NCBI GenBank assembly: GCA_023264735.1
Contig: JAHFVD010000022.1
Location: 40,307 to 104,306 of the forward strand
DNA: 64,000 nucleotides
Reading direction: 5' to 3'
Source of the DNA: Mycobacterium sp.
GTDB taxonomy: Bacteria; Actinomycetota; Actinomycetes; Mycobacteriales; Mycobacteriaceae
Shown: positions 1-13,411 of the stretch, in pieces
How the letters are laid out: each line of letters begins with the position of its first letter
Numbering within the stretch: the stretch's first letter is position 1
Position numbers and translations under genes: made by a program
Notes under the pieces: model-generated
Databases searched by the model: none
The model's input: the letters and a program-made list of their open reading frames with translations, nothing else
What the model was told of the DNA's origin: nothing

Positions 1-218
1 TTCGGGTCGGGTCCGCCCTTGGGGCGGCCCAGGTGCGCGGTCACCACGACCTTGGCGCCGGCGTCGGCCAGTGCCTTCAGGGTCGGGACCGACGCGATGA
101 TGCGGCCCGGGTCGGTGATGGCGCCGTCGTCGTCGAGCGGGACGTTGAGGTCGGAGCGGACGAGAACGCCCCGACCTTCCACGCCCTCTTTCAACAGGTC
201 GTCGAGGGTGGCGACCAT
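1..218 (-). CDS. pgk: phosphoglycerate kinase, N-terminal 72 codons only (gene continues past window start)
   Basis: Reverse translation from ATG at 218 gives [68 protein letters not shown], the classic Pgk N-terminus. It lies 2 nt downstream of the gap stop, as in the gap-pgk-tpi operon. Confidence 0.9.
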   Translation of the reverse strand, partial: MVATLDDLLKEGVEGRGVLVRSDLNVPLDDDGAITDPGRIIASVPTLKALADAGAKVVVTAHLGRPKGGPDP

Positions 219-220
219 GG

Positions 221-1252
<1,032 letters not shown>

Positions 1253-1323
1253 TCATAAGTTGCTTCCAGTACCCGCGCCCAGCCTAATCGCGTGCTCACC
1301 GGCGTGCGCGACCGCCCGCAGCG

Positions 1324-2046
1324 TCACCCGATTCCAGGCCCGCTCTGGTCCGCACGTGCCGAGCCGGTCCAGCGTTCCCGGATCGCCGGCAGCGTGCCGT
1401 CCTGCTCCAATGTGGCCTGCGCGACGTTGATCCGGCCGAGTAGCGCGGTGTCGGAGGTGGGCACCGCGATCGCGATCTTCTCGGTGGTGATGCCGTGCTG
1501 CACAACCGTGACACCGGGCACCGCCTCGGCCAGCCGGGTCAGCACCGGGTCGAGCTTCATGAACGCGTCGCAGCGGCCGGTGGTCAGATCGCGCAGTGCG
1601 GTGCGGATGCTGCCGTAGGCATAGACCCGGACCCGAGCGACCAAGGCATCGGCCAGTAGCCGGTTCGCTATCGGCTGACTGGTGTTGCCCTCCTGGACGC
1701 CGATGGTCAGACCCTCGAGGTCGTCGATCGACGCAACATCGGGCAGCCGGGTGGCGTCGACGGCCAGCGCCTGACCCGAGATCAGGTACGGATCGCAGAA
1801 CGCCGCCTTGAGCGCACGGGATCCGGTGATGGTGGTCCCCGAGGCGACGCAGTCGAAGACGCCGGAGTCCAGCGCGTCGAAGATGCCGTTGAAGTCGCGG
1901 CCTTCGTAGCGGACGAACTGCACCTGCGCGCCCAACTGCTCGGCGATGGCGGTCATGAGGTCGAGGTCGAGGCCTGACTGGTCTACCGAGTTGAAGGGCG
2001 GGTCCGGAAATGCCGCGCCGACGCGCAGCAGTTCACCACCGGACAT
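1324..2046 (-). CDS. family-3 solute-binding domain protein (amino-acid ABC-type SBP fold), no signal peptide
   Basis: The ORF 1324..2088 contains SBP_bac_3-like strings (LRVGAAFPDPPF, GFDLDL-like, DCVASGTTIT, GVQEGNTS). I prefer the ATG at 2046 (MSGGELL). No hydrophobic N-terminus or lipobox is visible. Confidence 0.7.
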   Translation of the reverse strand: MSGGELLRVGAAFPDPPFNSVDQSGLDLDLMTAIAEQLGAQVQFVRYEGRDFNGIFDALDSGVFDCVASGTTITGSRALKAAFCDPYLISGQALAVDATRLPDVASIDDLEGLTIGVQEGNTSQPIANRLLADALVARVRVYAYGSIRTALRDLTTGRCDAFMKLDPVLTRLAEAVPGVTVVQHGITTEKIAIAVPTSDTALLGRINVAQATLEQDGTLPAIRERWTGSARADQSGPGIG

Positions 2047-3277
2047 GGCGCAACGGTAGCCCGTCTTTTCCTCGCTGAGTCTGTCCACCGAGGAACGCCA
2101 GCCAGCCCAATACCGCCCCGGCGTGCAGCAGCAAGGTGAACGTCAGCGGTTCGAGCACCAGCGCGGCGGCCGCGGCAGGCAGGCTGGCACGGCCGGGGTC
2201 GCCCACCCAGCGGCGGTAGTGGCGCAGCGCCCACACCCCGAACGCCATATCGATGGCGATCTTGCCGACGATCACCACCAGCACCGGCGCCAACACCGCG
2301 ACGTGCCGGGTCGCCAGGAAATAGATCAGCAGCCCGAATGCGGTCAGCCCGTACAGCGGCGCCACAGTGTCGATCGCCTTCACCGGCAGCATGACGGTGC
2401 CGAGCCGGCCGAAGCGGGGATCACCGACCATGCCGCGATACCACCAGTGGGTCTGCAGGAATCCGCCGAACCAGCGGCGGCGCTGCCGCAGGAAAGCCCG
2501 CACCGACGCCGGCGCTTCGGTGCAAGCCTGCGCGTCACCGAGTACCCGAAACCGCCAGTCCAGCTGCTGATCTCCGGCGAACCGGCGCATGCGGGCCACC
2601 AGCTCGTAATCCTCGACCAGGCGTAGCGGCCCAGGAAGTTACGGATGTATTCGTAGGTCTGGAAATACTGCATGACGCGGCCCAGCGCGGCGGGCGGGCA
2701 TCGCGGTGTGATGACGCCGGTGACGGCTACCAGTTGCGGCTCGCGCGAAAAGGCCTGGCGCACTGCGCCGGTCGCCCCCGGGTCCGGCACGGTGTCGGCG
2801 TCCACGGTGAGGATGACGTCGGTGTCGGTGCGCAATAGCCCGGCGTTGAGTGCCGCCGATTTTCCTCCGTGCGCTAACCGCAGCCAACGCAGCGCGGTCG
2901 AACCCAGCCGAACCGGACCACTGACATGACCGATCGGAGGGACTTCGAAACCATAATTCGCACACAGCATTTCGGTGATGGCATCGGCCGATCCGCCGGA
3001 TCTGCCACCCGGTGAACACCTGCAGCGCGGCGTCGTAGCCGAGGTAGGCCAGGCCGACCGACCAGGCCAGCACGCCGCCGCGGCCGAATGCGAGCAGGAA
3101 CAACGTCACCCACAGCGCGAATACCAGCACGTGGATGAGCACGCTGACAGCCGGGGTCCCCGGCCGCGCAAGCCGTGCGGATGCGCGGGTGAGCGCGGGC
3201 GTCAGTGAATCTGTCAACACCTTCGATGATGGAAGAACGGCATTGCGGCTGAGTCGGTTCGAATGCCGGGCCGCCAT
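2033..3277 (-). pseudogene. family-2 glycosyltransferase, disrupted by at least two internal deletions/frameshifts
   Basis: Three different minus-strand frames carry consecutive GT2 pieces. First, an N-terminal TM segment (VLIHVLVFALWVTLFLLAF...GWQIRRI). Second, GGSADAITEML...HGGKSAALNAG...TVDADT...MQYFQTYEYIRNFLGRYAW. Third, VEDYELVARMRR...FLRQRRRWFGGF (the QxxRW motif) plus C-terminal TM helices. The expected NE/DDG-proximal segment and the SGAF...GGF segment are missing at the frame junctions. Confidence 0.55.
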
Positions 3278-3289
3278 TACCCTGTTGTG

Positions 3290-3961
3290 ATGGCACGTGT
3301 CTTGTCGGTCAACCTGGCGGCTCACGCACGGACGAATCCGGACACCAAGGCGCCGAAACCGACGGGCATCGACAAGAACCCCACCCCCGAACCGGTTCTG
3401 GTGCGTGCCCCGGGGCCGATGCTCGAGGGCCTTGGCAGCGGCCTGGTCGGCGACACCATCGGCAACCAGAAATTTCACGGCGGTGACGACCAAGCCGTCT
3501 ACGCCTATGCCCGCGAGGACCTCGACGAGTGGGAGGGCCGGCTGTCTCGCCCACTGACCAACGGGATGTTCGGGGAGAACTTCACCACCTCCGGAATCGA
3601 AGTCACCTATGCGCGGATCGGCGAGCGCTGGCGAGTGGGCACGGCAGGGCTGCTGCTCGAAGTATCCGCTCCCCGCATCCCGTGCCGGACTTTCGCCAAG
3701 TTCCTCGACATCGACGGCTGGATCAAGACGTTCACCGACGCCGGTAAACCCGGTGCGTATCTGCGAGTCATCTCCCCGGGGAGCGTGCGGGCCGGTGACA
3801 CCATCGACATCGAGCACCGGCCCGACCACGACGTGACGATCAACATGGTCTACCGCGCCAAGATGTCGGATCCCAGCCTGCTACCCCAACTGCTGGCCGC
3901 CGACGCGCTGTCCGACGAGCTCAAGGCCTTTGTCGCTAAACGACTGGCCAAGTCGACCTAG
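3290..3961 (+). CDS. MOSC domain-containing protein (YiiM-like)
   Basis: MARVLSVNL..GIDK..GDTIGNQKFHGGDDQAVYAY..GENFTTSGI..IGERWRVG..LLEVSAPRIPCRTF..GAYLRV, a typical MOSC beta-barrel pattern. The in-frame ATG at 3290 is preferred over 3263. Confidence 0.8.
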   Translation: MARVLSVNLAAHARTNPDTKAPKPTGIDKNPTPEPVLVRAPGPMLEGLGSGLVGDTIGNQKFHGGDDQAVYAYAREDLDEWEGRLSRPLTNGMFGENFTTSGIEVTYARIGERWRVGTAGLLLEVSAPRIPCRTFAKFLDIDGWIKTFTDAGKPGAYLRVISPGSVRAGDTIDIEHRPDHDVTINMVYRAKMSDPSLLPQLLAADALSDELKAFVAKRLAKST

Positions 3962-4016
3962 TCGAGTCGACCGATGCCGCCGAGGAACGAGGCGGAGGAG
4001 GAGCGAGACAGTCTGC

Positions 4017-5000
4017 CTAAGCGTCTTCCAGCAGATCAGGCGTAACGGCCGACTCGGTGTCGGGGATGCCGTCCTGCTTGGCCTTGCGGTCGGCCATCGA
4101 CAACAGCCGCCGAATACGGCCGGCCACAGCATCTTTGGTCATCGGCGGATCGGCGAGCCGGCCCAGCTCCTCCAGCGAGGCCTGCCGGTGTTCGACCCGC
4201 AGCCGGCCCGCGGCAGCCAGGTGATCGGGCACCGTGTCGGCCAGGATCTCCAAGGCCCGCTCGACGCGGGCTGCAGCGGCCACCGCGGCCCGCGCTGAGC
4301 GGCGCAGGTTCGCGTCGTCGAAGTTGGCCAGCCGGTTGGCGGTGGCGCGCACCTCGCGGCGCATCCGCCGTTCCTCCCACGTCAGCCGGGTGTCCTGGGC
4401 GCCCATCCGAGTCAGCAGCGCACCGATGGCCTCGCCGTCGCGCACCACGACCCGGTCGGTCCCCCGCACCTCGCGGGCCTTCGCGCTGACCCCGAGCCGC
4501 CGGGCAGCCCCGACCAGAGCCAGCGCGGCTTCCGGTCCGGGACAACTGACTTCGAGCGCCGACGAACGCCCCGGCTCGGTCAGCGAGCCGTGCGCGAGGA
4601 ACGCACCGCGCCATGCCGCCTCGGCGTCGCCGACACTGCCGCCGACCACCTGGGCGGGCAATCCCCGCACCGGCCGGCCACGCATGTCCAGGAGACCGGT
4701 CTGCCGGGCCAGCGCCTCACCGTCCTTGGCGACCCGCACCAGATATCGGGTGCTCTTGCGGATGCCGCTGGCCGACAGCACGTGCACCACCGCGTTGTAG
4801 CCGTAGAGGTCGTAGATGTCCTTGCGCAGCCGCCGGGCGATGATGCCCAGGTCCACTTCGGCCTCGACGACCACCCGGCCCGACACGATGTGCAAGCCGC
4901 CGGCGAAACGCAACAGGGAGGCCACCTCCGCGCGGCGGGCAGTCACTGAGTTGACCGCCAACCGACTGAGTTCGTCCTTCACCTCAGCAGTCATCGCCAC
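4017..5000 (-). CDS. whiA: DNA-binding sporulation/cell-division regulator WhiA
   Basis: 327 aa beginning [14 protein letters not shown], with LAGLIDADG-like repeats and a C-terminal HTH. Conserved position downstream of yvcK and rapZ. Confidence 0.95.
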   Translation of the reverse strand: MAMTAEVKDELSRLAVNSVTARRAEVASLLRFAGGLHIVSGRVVVEAEVDLGIIARRLRKDIYDLYGYNAVVHVLSASGIRKSTRYLVRVAKDGEALARQTGLLDMRGRPVRGLPAQVVGGSVGDAEAAWRGAFLAHGSLTEPGRSSALEVSCPGPEAALALVGAARRLGVSAKAREVRGTDRVVVRDGEAIGALLTRMGAQDTRLTWEERRMRREVRATANRLANFDDANLRRSARAAVAAAARVERALEILADTVPDHLAAAGRLRVEHRQASLEELGRLADPPMTKDAVAGRIRRLLSMADRKAKQDGIPDTESAVTPDLLEDA

Positions 5001-6052
5001 GGGTCGTCACCTCTCGGTCCGTTGCCAGCAGATCCCTGCACCCCATCCCCCTGTCGAGTCCCTCCGGCCGTAATGGACGCAGCAGACGGGAGGGAAGATG
5101 CCGCGGGAATCGTATTCCGAGTACGCACACCGTCAAGCGCTGCAGCCAGCTTCGCCGGGTCATGTAAAGGTGTACCAGGTCTGGAGACGTCAGCAAACCG
5201 AACTGAAGCTTCCAGCTGGCTTGCGGTACGCCGGAGTTGGTCACGCTCCCGGTCAGAAGGGACGCGGGCGGCGTCCACGACGATCTCGTCGACGACGAAT
5301 CCCGGCGCATGCTGGGCCAGAACGTGCAAGTGACGCTCGGCCGAGAAACCGGCGGTCTCCCCCGGCTCGGCGGCCAGGTTCAGCACCAGGGCCCGCCGTG
5401 CGGTGGTGGCTTTCAACGCCGCCGCCAGTTCCGGCACCAGCACGTGCGGGATCACACTGGTGAACCACGAGCCCGGTCCGAGCACCACCAGATCGGCGGT
5501 CATGATGGCGTCGATCGCCTGCCGGGTGGCGGGCGGATCACCGGGCAGCAGACGCACCCGACGCACCTTGCCCGGCGTGGTCGCCACCGCCACCTGGCCG
5601 CGGATCACCCGGCTCATCCGGGGGTCGCCGTCCAGACCAGACACGTCGGCTTCGATCTGCAGGGCGATCGGGCACATCGGCAGCACTCTGCCCTTGACAC
5701 CGAGGATGCGGCCCAATTCGTCGAGCGCGGCCACCGGATCGGCCAGCACCTCGTTGAGTCCGGCCAGCAACAGATTGCCGATGGGGTGGCCGGCCAGCGC
5801 ACCGCTGCCACCGAACCGGTGCTGCAGGATGGTTGCCCACAACCGGCCGTGTGGGCTGTCAGAAGCCAAGGCGGCCAACGCCATTCGCAGATCGCCTGGG
5901 GGCACGATATCGAGTTCGCTGCGCAGCCGGCCCGACGATCCGCCGTCGTCTGCGACGGTCACCACCGCGGTGATGTCGTGGGTGAGGCGCCGCGCCGCCG
6001 ACAGCGTCGCATACAAACCGTGCCCACCACCCAGGGCGACGATACGACTCAT
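4991..6052 (-). CDS. yvcK: gluconeogenesis factor YvcK / CuvA family (UPF0052, CofD-like)
   Basis: 353 aa, [11 protein letters not shown]-terminus, CofD-like fold strings. Its stop overlaps the whiA start and its start overlaps the rapZ stop. Confidence 0.9.
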   Translation of the reverse strand: MSRIVALGGGHGLYATLSAARRLTHDITAVVTVADDGGSSGRLRSELDIVPPGDLRMALAALASDSPHGRLWATILQHRFGGSGALAGHPIGNLLLAGLNEVLADPVAALDELGRILGVKGRVLPMCPIALQIEADVSGLDGDPRMSRVIRGQVAVATTPGKVRRVRLLPGDPPATRQAIDAIMTADLVVLGPGSWFTSVIPHVLVPELAAALKATTARRALVLNLAAEPGETAGFSAERHLHVLAQHAPGFVVDEIVVDAARVPSDRERDQLRRTASQLEASVRFADVSRPGTPLHDPAKLAAALDGVRTRNTIPAASSLPSAASITAGGTRQGDGVQGSAGNGPRGDDPWR

Positions 6053-6966
6053 TCGCGACCCAGATCGCGGTGCAGCACCCGGACGGACAGGTGCTCGTTG
6101 TCCTCGAGCAGTCCGGCGAGCGCTTCGGCCATGGCGACACTGCGGTGCTTACCGCCGGTGCAGCCGATGGCCACGGTCATGTATCGCTTCCCCTCCCGGC
6201 TGTAGCCGTCGACGACGAGTCTCAGCAGCTGATGGTAGGTCTGCAAGAACTCCGCGGCACCAGGTTGACCCAGGACGTAGTCACGGACCGCCGGATGCTG
6301 GCCGGTGTGCGGCCGCAACTCGTCGACCCAGTGCGGGTTGGGCAGGAAGCGGACGTCCATCACCATGTCGGAGTCCATCGGCAGGCCGTACTTGAAACCG
6401 AACGACTCGACGGTCACGCTCGTCTGTGCGACGACCTCCCCGCCGAAGGCCCGTTCGATGCTCTCCCGCAAGCCATGCACCGAGAGGGTCGAGGTGTCGA
6501 TGACCAGATCCGCCGACGCCCGCACCGGGGCCAGCATCGTCCGTTCGGCGGCGATGCCCTCGGCCAGCGTCTGGTTGCCCTGCAGCGGATGACTGCGCCG
6601 GTTGTTCTCATATCGACGCACCAGGATGTCGTCGGAGGCCTCCATGAACAGCACCCGCGGGTGGATGTCGCGGGTCACCAGCTCGTTGCGGACCCAGTCC
6701 AGGTCACCGGTGAAACCCCGGGACCGCACGTCCATCACCACCGCCAGCTGAGTGATCCGCGAGCCGGCGGCGAGGCCGAAGTCCACCATCCGGGCGATGA
6801 GTTCGGGCGGCAGATTGTCGGCCACATACCAGCCGAGATCTTCGAGCACCTTCGCGGCGGTTCCCCGGCCGGCCCCGGACAGGCCCGTCACCAACACCAC
6901 GTCGATACCCGATTCCTCGCCGGCCTGTCCGGTGTGCATGTCTTCGCCTGTGCTGTTTTCTGTCAT
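6049..6966 (-). CDS. rapZ: RNase adapter / nucleotide-binding protein RapZ
   Basis: 305 aa, Walker [11 protein letters not shown], conserved C-terminal CTGGKHRSV motif. Confidence 0.92.
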   Translation of the reverse strand: MTENSTGEDMHTGQAGEESGIDVVLVTGLSGAGRGTAAKVLEDLGWYVADNLPPELIARMVDFGLAAGSRITQLAVVMDVRSRGFTGDLDWVRNELVTRDIHPRVLFMEASDDILVRRYENNRRSHPLQGNQTLAEGIAAERTMLAPVRASADLVIDTSTLSVHGLRESIERAFGGEVVAQTSVTVESFGFKYGLPMDSDMVMDVRFLPNPHWVDELRPHTGQHPAVRDYVLGQPGAAEFLQTYHQLLRLVVDGYSREGKRYMTVAIGCTGGKHRSVAMAEALAGLLEDNEHLSVRVLHRDLGRE

Positions 6967-8963
6967 CGCGTCGCCTGTTCAGCAGACTGATCTTCACCGA
7001 CTGGGCCGCCCTGCGCAGCCGATCCCACCGAATCCACAGTCACGCCTAGCGCTTCCAGCACCGCGGCGGCCGTCGCGGCCCCGATGCCCGGCACCGAGGT
7101 GATCTCGTCGACACTGGCCTGCCGCAACCGGGCCAGCGATCCGAAGTGGGTCACCAGCGCCTTGCGCCGGATGTCCCCGAGCCCCGGCACCGCGTCCAGA
7201 GCCGAGGCCGTCATCCGCTTGGACCGCTTGCTGCGGTGGTAGGTGATCGCGAAGCGGTGGGCTTCGTCGCGGACCCGCTGCAACAGATAGAGGCCCTCAC
7301 TGTTCCTGGCCAGAATGACCGGATCTGTTTCCATAGGCACCCACACCTCCTCGAGGCGTTTGGCCAGACCGATGACGGCGACGTCGGTGACGCCGAGCTC
7401 GTCGAGCACCGCCTGGGCCGCATTGACCTGGGGGGCGCCGCCGTCGACCACGTACAGGTTCGGCGGGTAGGCGAACTTGCGGGATTTGCCTTCCGCGGAG
7501 AATTCCTCGATCGACTGCTGCTGTTCGGCCACGTGGCGGGTGAAGCGGCGGCGGGTCACCTCCGCGATCGAGGCCACGTCGTCGGAGCGGCCCTCGCCGG
7601 CGGCCTCCCGGATCGCGAAATGCCGGTAGTCGGATTTGCGCGGCAGACCGTCCTCGAACACCACGAGGGAGGCCACCACATCGGTGCCCTGGACGTGACT
7701 GATATCGACGCACTCAATGCGCAGCGGCGCATCGGCCAGGCCTAAAGACTCCTGAATGTTCTGCAGCGCAGCAGATCTGGCGGTGAAGTCGCCTGCGCGC
7801 TTGAGCTTGTGCTGCTGCAGCGCCTCCTGGGCGTTGCGGTGCACCGTTTCGGCCAGGGCCTTCTTGTCACCGCGCTGCGGCACCCGCAGCGTCACGCGAG
7901 AGCCGCGCAGTCCCGAGAGCCAGTCGCCCAGTTCGTCGGCGTTGGGTGGCAGGCACGGCACCAGTACCTCGCGTGGCACCGGGTTGGTGGATTCGTCTGC
8001 GGCACCACCCAATTCGGCCTGGTCGCCGTAGAACTGGGTGAGGAATTGCTCGACCAGCCGGGCTTCCGCGGAATCGCCTGGATCACTGGGCTTTTCGACC
8101 ACCCAGCCGCGCTGGCCGCGCACCCGCCCGCCCCGGACATGGAACACCTGAACGGCCGCCTCCAGATCGTCATCGGCGAAGGCGACGACGTCCGCGTCGG
8201 TGCCGTCACCGAGCACGACGGCCTGCTTCTCCAGCGCGCGCTTGAGCGCGGCGATATCGTCGCGCAGCCGGGCCGCCCGCTCGAAGTCGAGCTCGGCGGA
8301 CGCCGCGTTCATCTGATGTTCCAGCTCGCGGGCGAAGCGGTCGGTCTTGCCCGACAGGAAGTCGCAGAAATCGAGGACTATCTTGCGGTGCTCCTCGGCG
8401 CTGACCCGGCCGACGCACGGTGCCGAGCATTTATCGATGTAGCCCAGCAGGCAGGGACGGTCGATTTGACTGTGCCGCTTGAACACTCCGGCCGAGCAGG
8501 TGCGGGCGGGAAACACCCGGGTCAGCAGATCCAGGGTTTCCCGGATGGCCCAGGCGTGTGAGTACGGGCCGAAGTATCGGACGCCCTTGCGGCGCGGCCC
8601 GCGGTAGACGAACAGCCGCGGATACTCGTCGCCCAGGGTGACGGCCAGCACCGGGTAGGACTTGTCGTCGCGGTAGCGGACGTTGAACCGCGGGTCGAAC
8701 TCCTTGATCCAGTTGTATTCCAGCTGCAGCGCCTCGACCTCGGTGTTGACCACCGTCCACTCGACCTTGGCCGCGGTGGTCACCATCTGGCGGGTACGGG
8801 GATGCAGGGCGGAGATGTCCTGGAAGTAGGACGTCAGTCGGCTGCGCAGGCTCTTGGCCTTGCCGACGTAGATCACTCGGCCGTGCGGATCCCGGAATCG
8901 ATAGACACCCGGCTCGACTGGAATCGACCCGGGCGCCGGGCGGTACGTGGCGGGATCGGGCAC
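6963..8963 (-). CDS. uvrC: excinuclease ABC subunit C
   Basis: 666 aa. GIY-YIG N-terminus ([18 protein letters not shown]), a UvrBC-interaction region, and a C-terminal RNase H-like endonuclease plus (HhH)2. Confidence 0.97.
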   Translation of the reverse strand: MPDPATYRPAPGSIPVEPGVYRFRDPHGRVIYVGKAKSLRSRLTSYFQDISALHPRTRQMVTTAAKVEWTVVNTEVEALQLEYNWIKEFDPRFNVRYRDDKSYPVLAVTLGDEYPRLFVYRGPRRKGVRYFGPYSHAWAIRETLDLLTRVFPARTCSAGVFKRHSQIDRPCLLGYIDKCSAPCVGRVSAEEHRKIVLDFCDFLSGKTDRFARELEHQMNAASAELDFERAARLRDDIAALKRALEKQAVVLGDGTDADVVAFADDDLEAAVQVFHVRGGRVRGQRGWVVEKPSDPGDSAEARLVEQFLTQFYGDQAELGGAADESTNPVPREVLVPCLPPNADELGDWLSGLRGSRVTLRVPQRGDKKALAETVHRNAQEALQQHKLKRAGDFTARSAALQNIQESLGLADAPLRIECVDISHVQGTDVVASLVVFEDGLPRKSDYRHFAIREAAGEGRSDDVASIAEVTRRRFTRHVAEQQQSIEEFSAEGKSRKFAYPPNLYVVDGGAPQVNAAQAVLDELGVTDVAVIGLAKRLEEVWVPMETDPVILARNSEGLYLLQRVRDEAHRFAITYHRSKRSKRMTASALDAVPGLGDIRRKALVTHFGSLARLRQASVDEITSVPGIGAATAAAVLEALGVTVDSVGSAAQGGPVGEDQSAEQATR

Positions 8964-9020
8964 GCTCCCAGGTTAGTCGGGCCGTCCGACTGCCCGGCAC
9001 CAAGCACTACCGTCGACGGC

Positions 9021-9471
9021 GTGCCCGCGACGCGGATCACCCGCCTCACCGAGTCGGACTGGGAGCAGTTCGCCGAACTTCGGCTGCGCGCGCTGACCGA
9101 CACGTTCGGCACGGCGGACAAGCAGTACCTCGCCGAGGCGCGCTTCACCCCCGCCGACTGGCGCAGACGGCTGCGCGATCACGCCCAGTTCGTGGTGGTC
9201 CTGGCCGGTCAGCCCGTCGGCATGGTCGCCGCCTACCAGGAGAGTGCTGAGACGGCCTACGTGTACTCGCTGTGGCTCGACCCCGCTGCACGCGGGCGCG
9301 GGCTCGGCCGCCGCCTGGTGGCGGCGGCGCTGGACTGGGCGCGCCGGCGCGGGGTGCGCACCGCCACACTGCGAATGGCCGCGGACAACGCCACGGCACG
9401 CACGGTGTACGAGGGTCTCGGATTCACCGAAGTGCCCACCGGCGGCGCCGCGGGCGAAGTGGTGATGCGAC

Positions 9472-9485
<14 letters not shown>
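9021..9485 (+). CDS. GNAT family N-acetyltransferase
   Basis: The in-frame GTG at 9021 gives 154 aa with the acetyl-CoA motif RGRGLGRRLV..A and a C-terminal YEGLGF. The upstream part of the listed ORF overlaps uvrC and looks non-coding. Confidence 0.7.
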
Positions 9486-11683
<2,198 letters not shown>

Positions 11684-11951
11684 CCTTGCCGCCTGCCCAT
11701 TTCTCACGTGATGCTGCTTGTAAACAGTATGAACCACCATGGGCAGGCAACTGATGCCCGTCTTGTTCAGCGGCCCACTCCACCCCCGCCCGGCGGTCCC
11801 GATCGCAGATATCTGCAGGCCAGCTGGACGATGTGACGTACGTGACAGGACGGACCCAGGGGGTGAACGGCCGATGAACTCTCGGCGCGCACTGCCCTCT
11901 GGGCGGTCGTGATGCGCCGACCGTGCGATCTCATACCTCGGAGAACGAGCT

Positions 11952-13349
11952 ATGAGGAGTGCGATGAAGGGTCCCGGTCTCGATGTCGGCGTGCTCGGTG
12001 TTCTGCCGGTCCGGGCCACCCGATTGGACTCCCCAGAGGCGGTCGATGAGTGGCTGCGCTCGGTCGGATCCGTGGAGCGAAGCCGCCAGGTCGGCGCCAT
12101 ATCCCGGGAGAAGCTGGCCGGCTTTGTGTCACTGCTCGACGGGGCGACGGGCCCCGAACTGCTCGGCTCTGTCGACCCCGATCTGGCGACCCGCATCGTC
12201 GGTTCGGCGGACACCGCGCAGTCGGCGCGCTGGCTGGATACCATCGGAACCGACGAGGCCGCGGAAATCCTTCGGCGGCTAACGAATTCGGGCCGTGACA
12301 AGCTCCTGGACCAGATCGGTGGTCCTCAGGCGGAGGTCCTGCGCGAGGTGCTGCGGTGGCCGCCGACCTCGGTCGCGGCGCACATGCTCCCCGACGTGTT
12401 CACCGTCCCGGACTCGATCACCGCCGCCGAGGCGGAGGAACTGGTCCGCACCCAGAGCGCCCAGGTGCGCGGCAGGGCCCGCCACGGCGCCCTGATCTAC
12501 GTGACCGACGCCGACCGCAGGCTGATCGGCTTCCTGGAATTCCAGGACCTGGTGCTGGCCCAACCCGACCAGACCGTCGCGGAACTGAGCAGCGACGATC
12601 CCGTCTGGGTCCGTCCCCTGATCGACGCCGAGCAGGCCGCGCAATCACTGCTCGACTACGAGCTGGCGGCGCTGCCGGTGGTCGACGATCAGCGCAGGCT
12701 GCTCGGTGTGCTGACCGCAGACGCTGCGGCCGACATCCTCGAAGCCGAGGCGACCAGGGACGCCGAACGCCAGGGCGGCTCGGAGCCTCTCGAGGTCCCC
12801 TATCTTCGCGCATCGCCACTTCGGTTGTGGCGCAAACGAATTGCGTGGCTGCTCGTGCTGTTCGTGGCCGAGGCCTACACCGGCACGGTGCTGCGCGCGT
12901 TCGAGGATGAGCTGGAGGCCGTCGTCGCGTTGGCGTTCTTCATCCCGCTGCTGATCGGCACCGGCGGCAATACCGGTACCCAGATCACCACAACGCTGGT
13001 GCGCGCCATGGGAACTGGACAGGTGCGGCTGCGCGACCTGCCCCGCATCCTGGCCAAGGAGGTGTCGACGGGCTTCCTGATCGCCGCGACGATGGCCCTC
13101 GCCGCCGTGATCCGCGCGTGGACCCTGGGTGTCGGCCCGCAAGTCACCGTCACGGTGTCACTGACGGTCGCCGCGATCGTGCTGTGGGCATCGATCGTAG
13201 CGTCGGTGTTGCCGCCGTTGCTCAAGAAGTGCCGGGTGGATCCCGCGGTGGTGTCTGGGCCGATGATCGCCACGATCGTCGACGGCACCGGGCTGATCAT
13301 CTACTTCCTGATCGCCCACGCGACACTGCCCCAGCTCGCGGGACTTTAG
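11952..13349 (+). CDS. mgtE: magnesium transporter MgtE
   Basis: 465 aa with an MgtE N-domain, a CBS pair, and a C-terminal 5-TM domain ([32 protein letters not shown]). Confidence 0.9.
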   Translation: MRSAMKGPGLDVGVLGVLPVRATRLDSPEAVDEWLRSVGSVERSRQVGAISREKLAGFVSLLDGATGPELLGSVDPDLATRIVGSADTAQSARWLDTIGTDEAAEILRRLTNSGRDKLLDQIGGPQAEVLREVLRWPPTSVAAHMLPDVFTVPDSITAAEAEELVRTQSAQVRGRARHGALIYVTDADRRLIGFLEFQDLVLAQPDQTVAELSSDDPVWVRPLIDAEQAAQSLLDYELAALPVVDDQRRLLGVLTADAAADILEAEATRDAERQGGSEPLEVPYLRASPLRLWRKRIAWLLVLFVAEAYTGTVLRAFEDELEAVVALAFFIPLLIGTGGNTGTQITTTLVRAMGTGQVRLRDLPRILAKEVSTGFLIAATMALAAVIRAWTLGVGPQVTVTVSLTVAAIVLWASIVASVLPPLLKKCRVDPAVVSGPMIATIVDGTGLIIYFLIAHATLPQLAGL

Positions 13350-13411
13350 AAGGTCCACCGGTGGTCTGCGCGCAGGTTCACCAGCAGCCTCCTAGGGCGG
13401 ATCCGATGACA

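Noticed and set aside
11684-11951. Possible FMN (RFN) riboswitch upstream of ribBA. The minus-strand strings CGTTCTCCGAGG and CCCAGAGGGCAGTGCGCG resemble the outer ends of actinobacterial RFN elements.
   Set aside because: Only ~35 nt lie between the two strings, where ~100 nt of conserved core would be needed. The invariant core segments (GGGTGAAATTCCC-like, CCGACGGT, GGATG) are absent. It needs an Rfam scan to be certain, but by eye it is not an RFN element. I also could not recognise an M-box for mgtE on the plus strand.
11684-12301. N-terminal extensions of ribBA (to 12301), pyrB (to 49421), carA (to 46607), pyrR (to 49762) and the nusB-adjacent methyltransferase (to 54452).
   Set aside because: The extensions are low-complexity Arg/Pro/Ser sequence and overlap neighbouring genes. 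They are absent from the homologs I know. Internal starts fit homolog N-termini and show stop/start coupling or SD sequences.
13350-13411. CCACCGGTGG palindrome between the convergent mgtE and repeat-protein genes, considered as a bidirectional terminator.
   Set aside because: The stem would have essentially no loop, the extension is mismatched, and there is no U-tract. It is not strong enough to annotate.
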